From positions 8,499,444-8,563,443 of the forward strand of contig NC_092402.1 in assembly GCF_030028105.1 (NCBI RefSeq): DNA of 64,000 nucleotides, given 5' to 3'. The translations under genes were made by a program, and so were the position numbers. Shown here piece by piece: positions 63,855 to 64,000 of the stretch (positions are counted from its first letter, which is position 1; every line of letters starts with the position of its first letter). Under the pieces are notes generated by a model, which was not told where the DNA came from, searched no databases, and was given only the letters and a program-made list of their open reading frames with translations. The DNA is from Mobula birostris (Eukaryota).

Positions 63855-64000
63855 CCATATAACAATTACAGCACAGAAACAGGCCATCTTGGGTCTTCTA
63901 ATCCGTGCCAAACTCTTACTCTCACGTAGTCCCACCGACTTGCACTCAGCCCATAACCCTCCATTCCTTTCCTGTCCATATATCTATCCAGTTTAACTTT
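63855..64000 (-). mobile_element. CR1 3' end, truncated by the window edge
   Basis: acagcacagaaacaggccat...ccataaccctccattcc, same family as 58975-59310. Confidence 0.7.

Noticed and set aside
40000-64000. Exons of the expected downstream neighbour skap1 or other host genes
   Set aside because: No recognisable host coding sequence; interpretable ORFs here are transposon-derived or low complexity. Small exons could have been missed.

Overview
Vertebrate genomic DNA covering the 3' (anterior) end of a HoxB cluster and about 26 kb of downstream flank. The repeat repertoire (V-SINE, Rex1/Babar, CR1, Penelope-like) suggests a cartilaginous fish, probably a ray; this is inference. Three intact two-exon homeobox genes lie on the + strand: hoxb3 (14307-14721, 15551-16323), hoxb2 (21401-21764, 22443-23158) and hoxb1 (35666-36257, 37777-38123). 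Several classical cis-elements can be read directly: a DR5 RARE with a Pbx/Hox site upstream of hoxb3, the hoxb2 r4 (Meis + Pbx/Hox) element, candidate Krox20 sites, the hoxb1 autoregulatory element, the hoxb1 3' DR2 and DR5 RAREs, and miR-10 seed sites in the hoxb3 and hoxb1 3' UTRs. The least expected structure is in the repeats: (1) a Penelope-like (GIY-YIG) retroelement family whose tail carries a minimal hammerhead ribozyme motif and has produced short foldback elements, several between hoxb2 and hoxb1; (2) a ~13-copy 70-bp minisatellite made from a Rex1/Babar LINE end, with the same 70-bp segment independently duplicated elsewhere; (3) a three-level nested insertion; (4) a Chapaev-like DNA transposon remnant. 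Family and ortholog comparisons are from recalled sequences, not database searches, and repeat boundaries are approximate.
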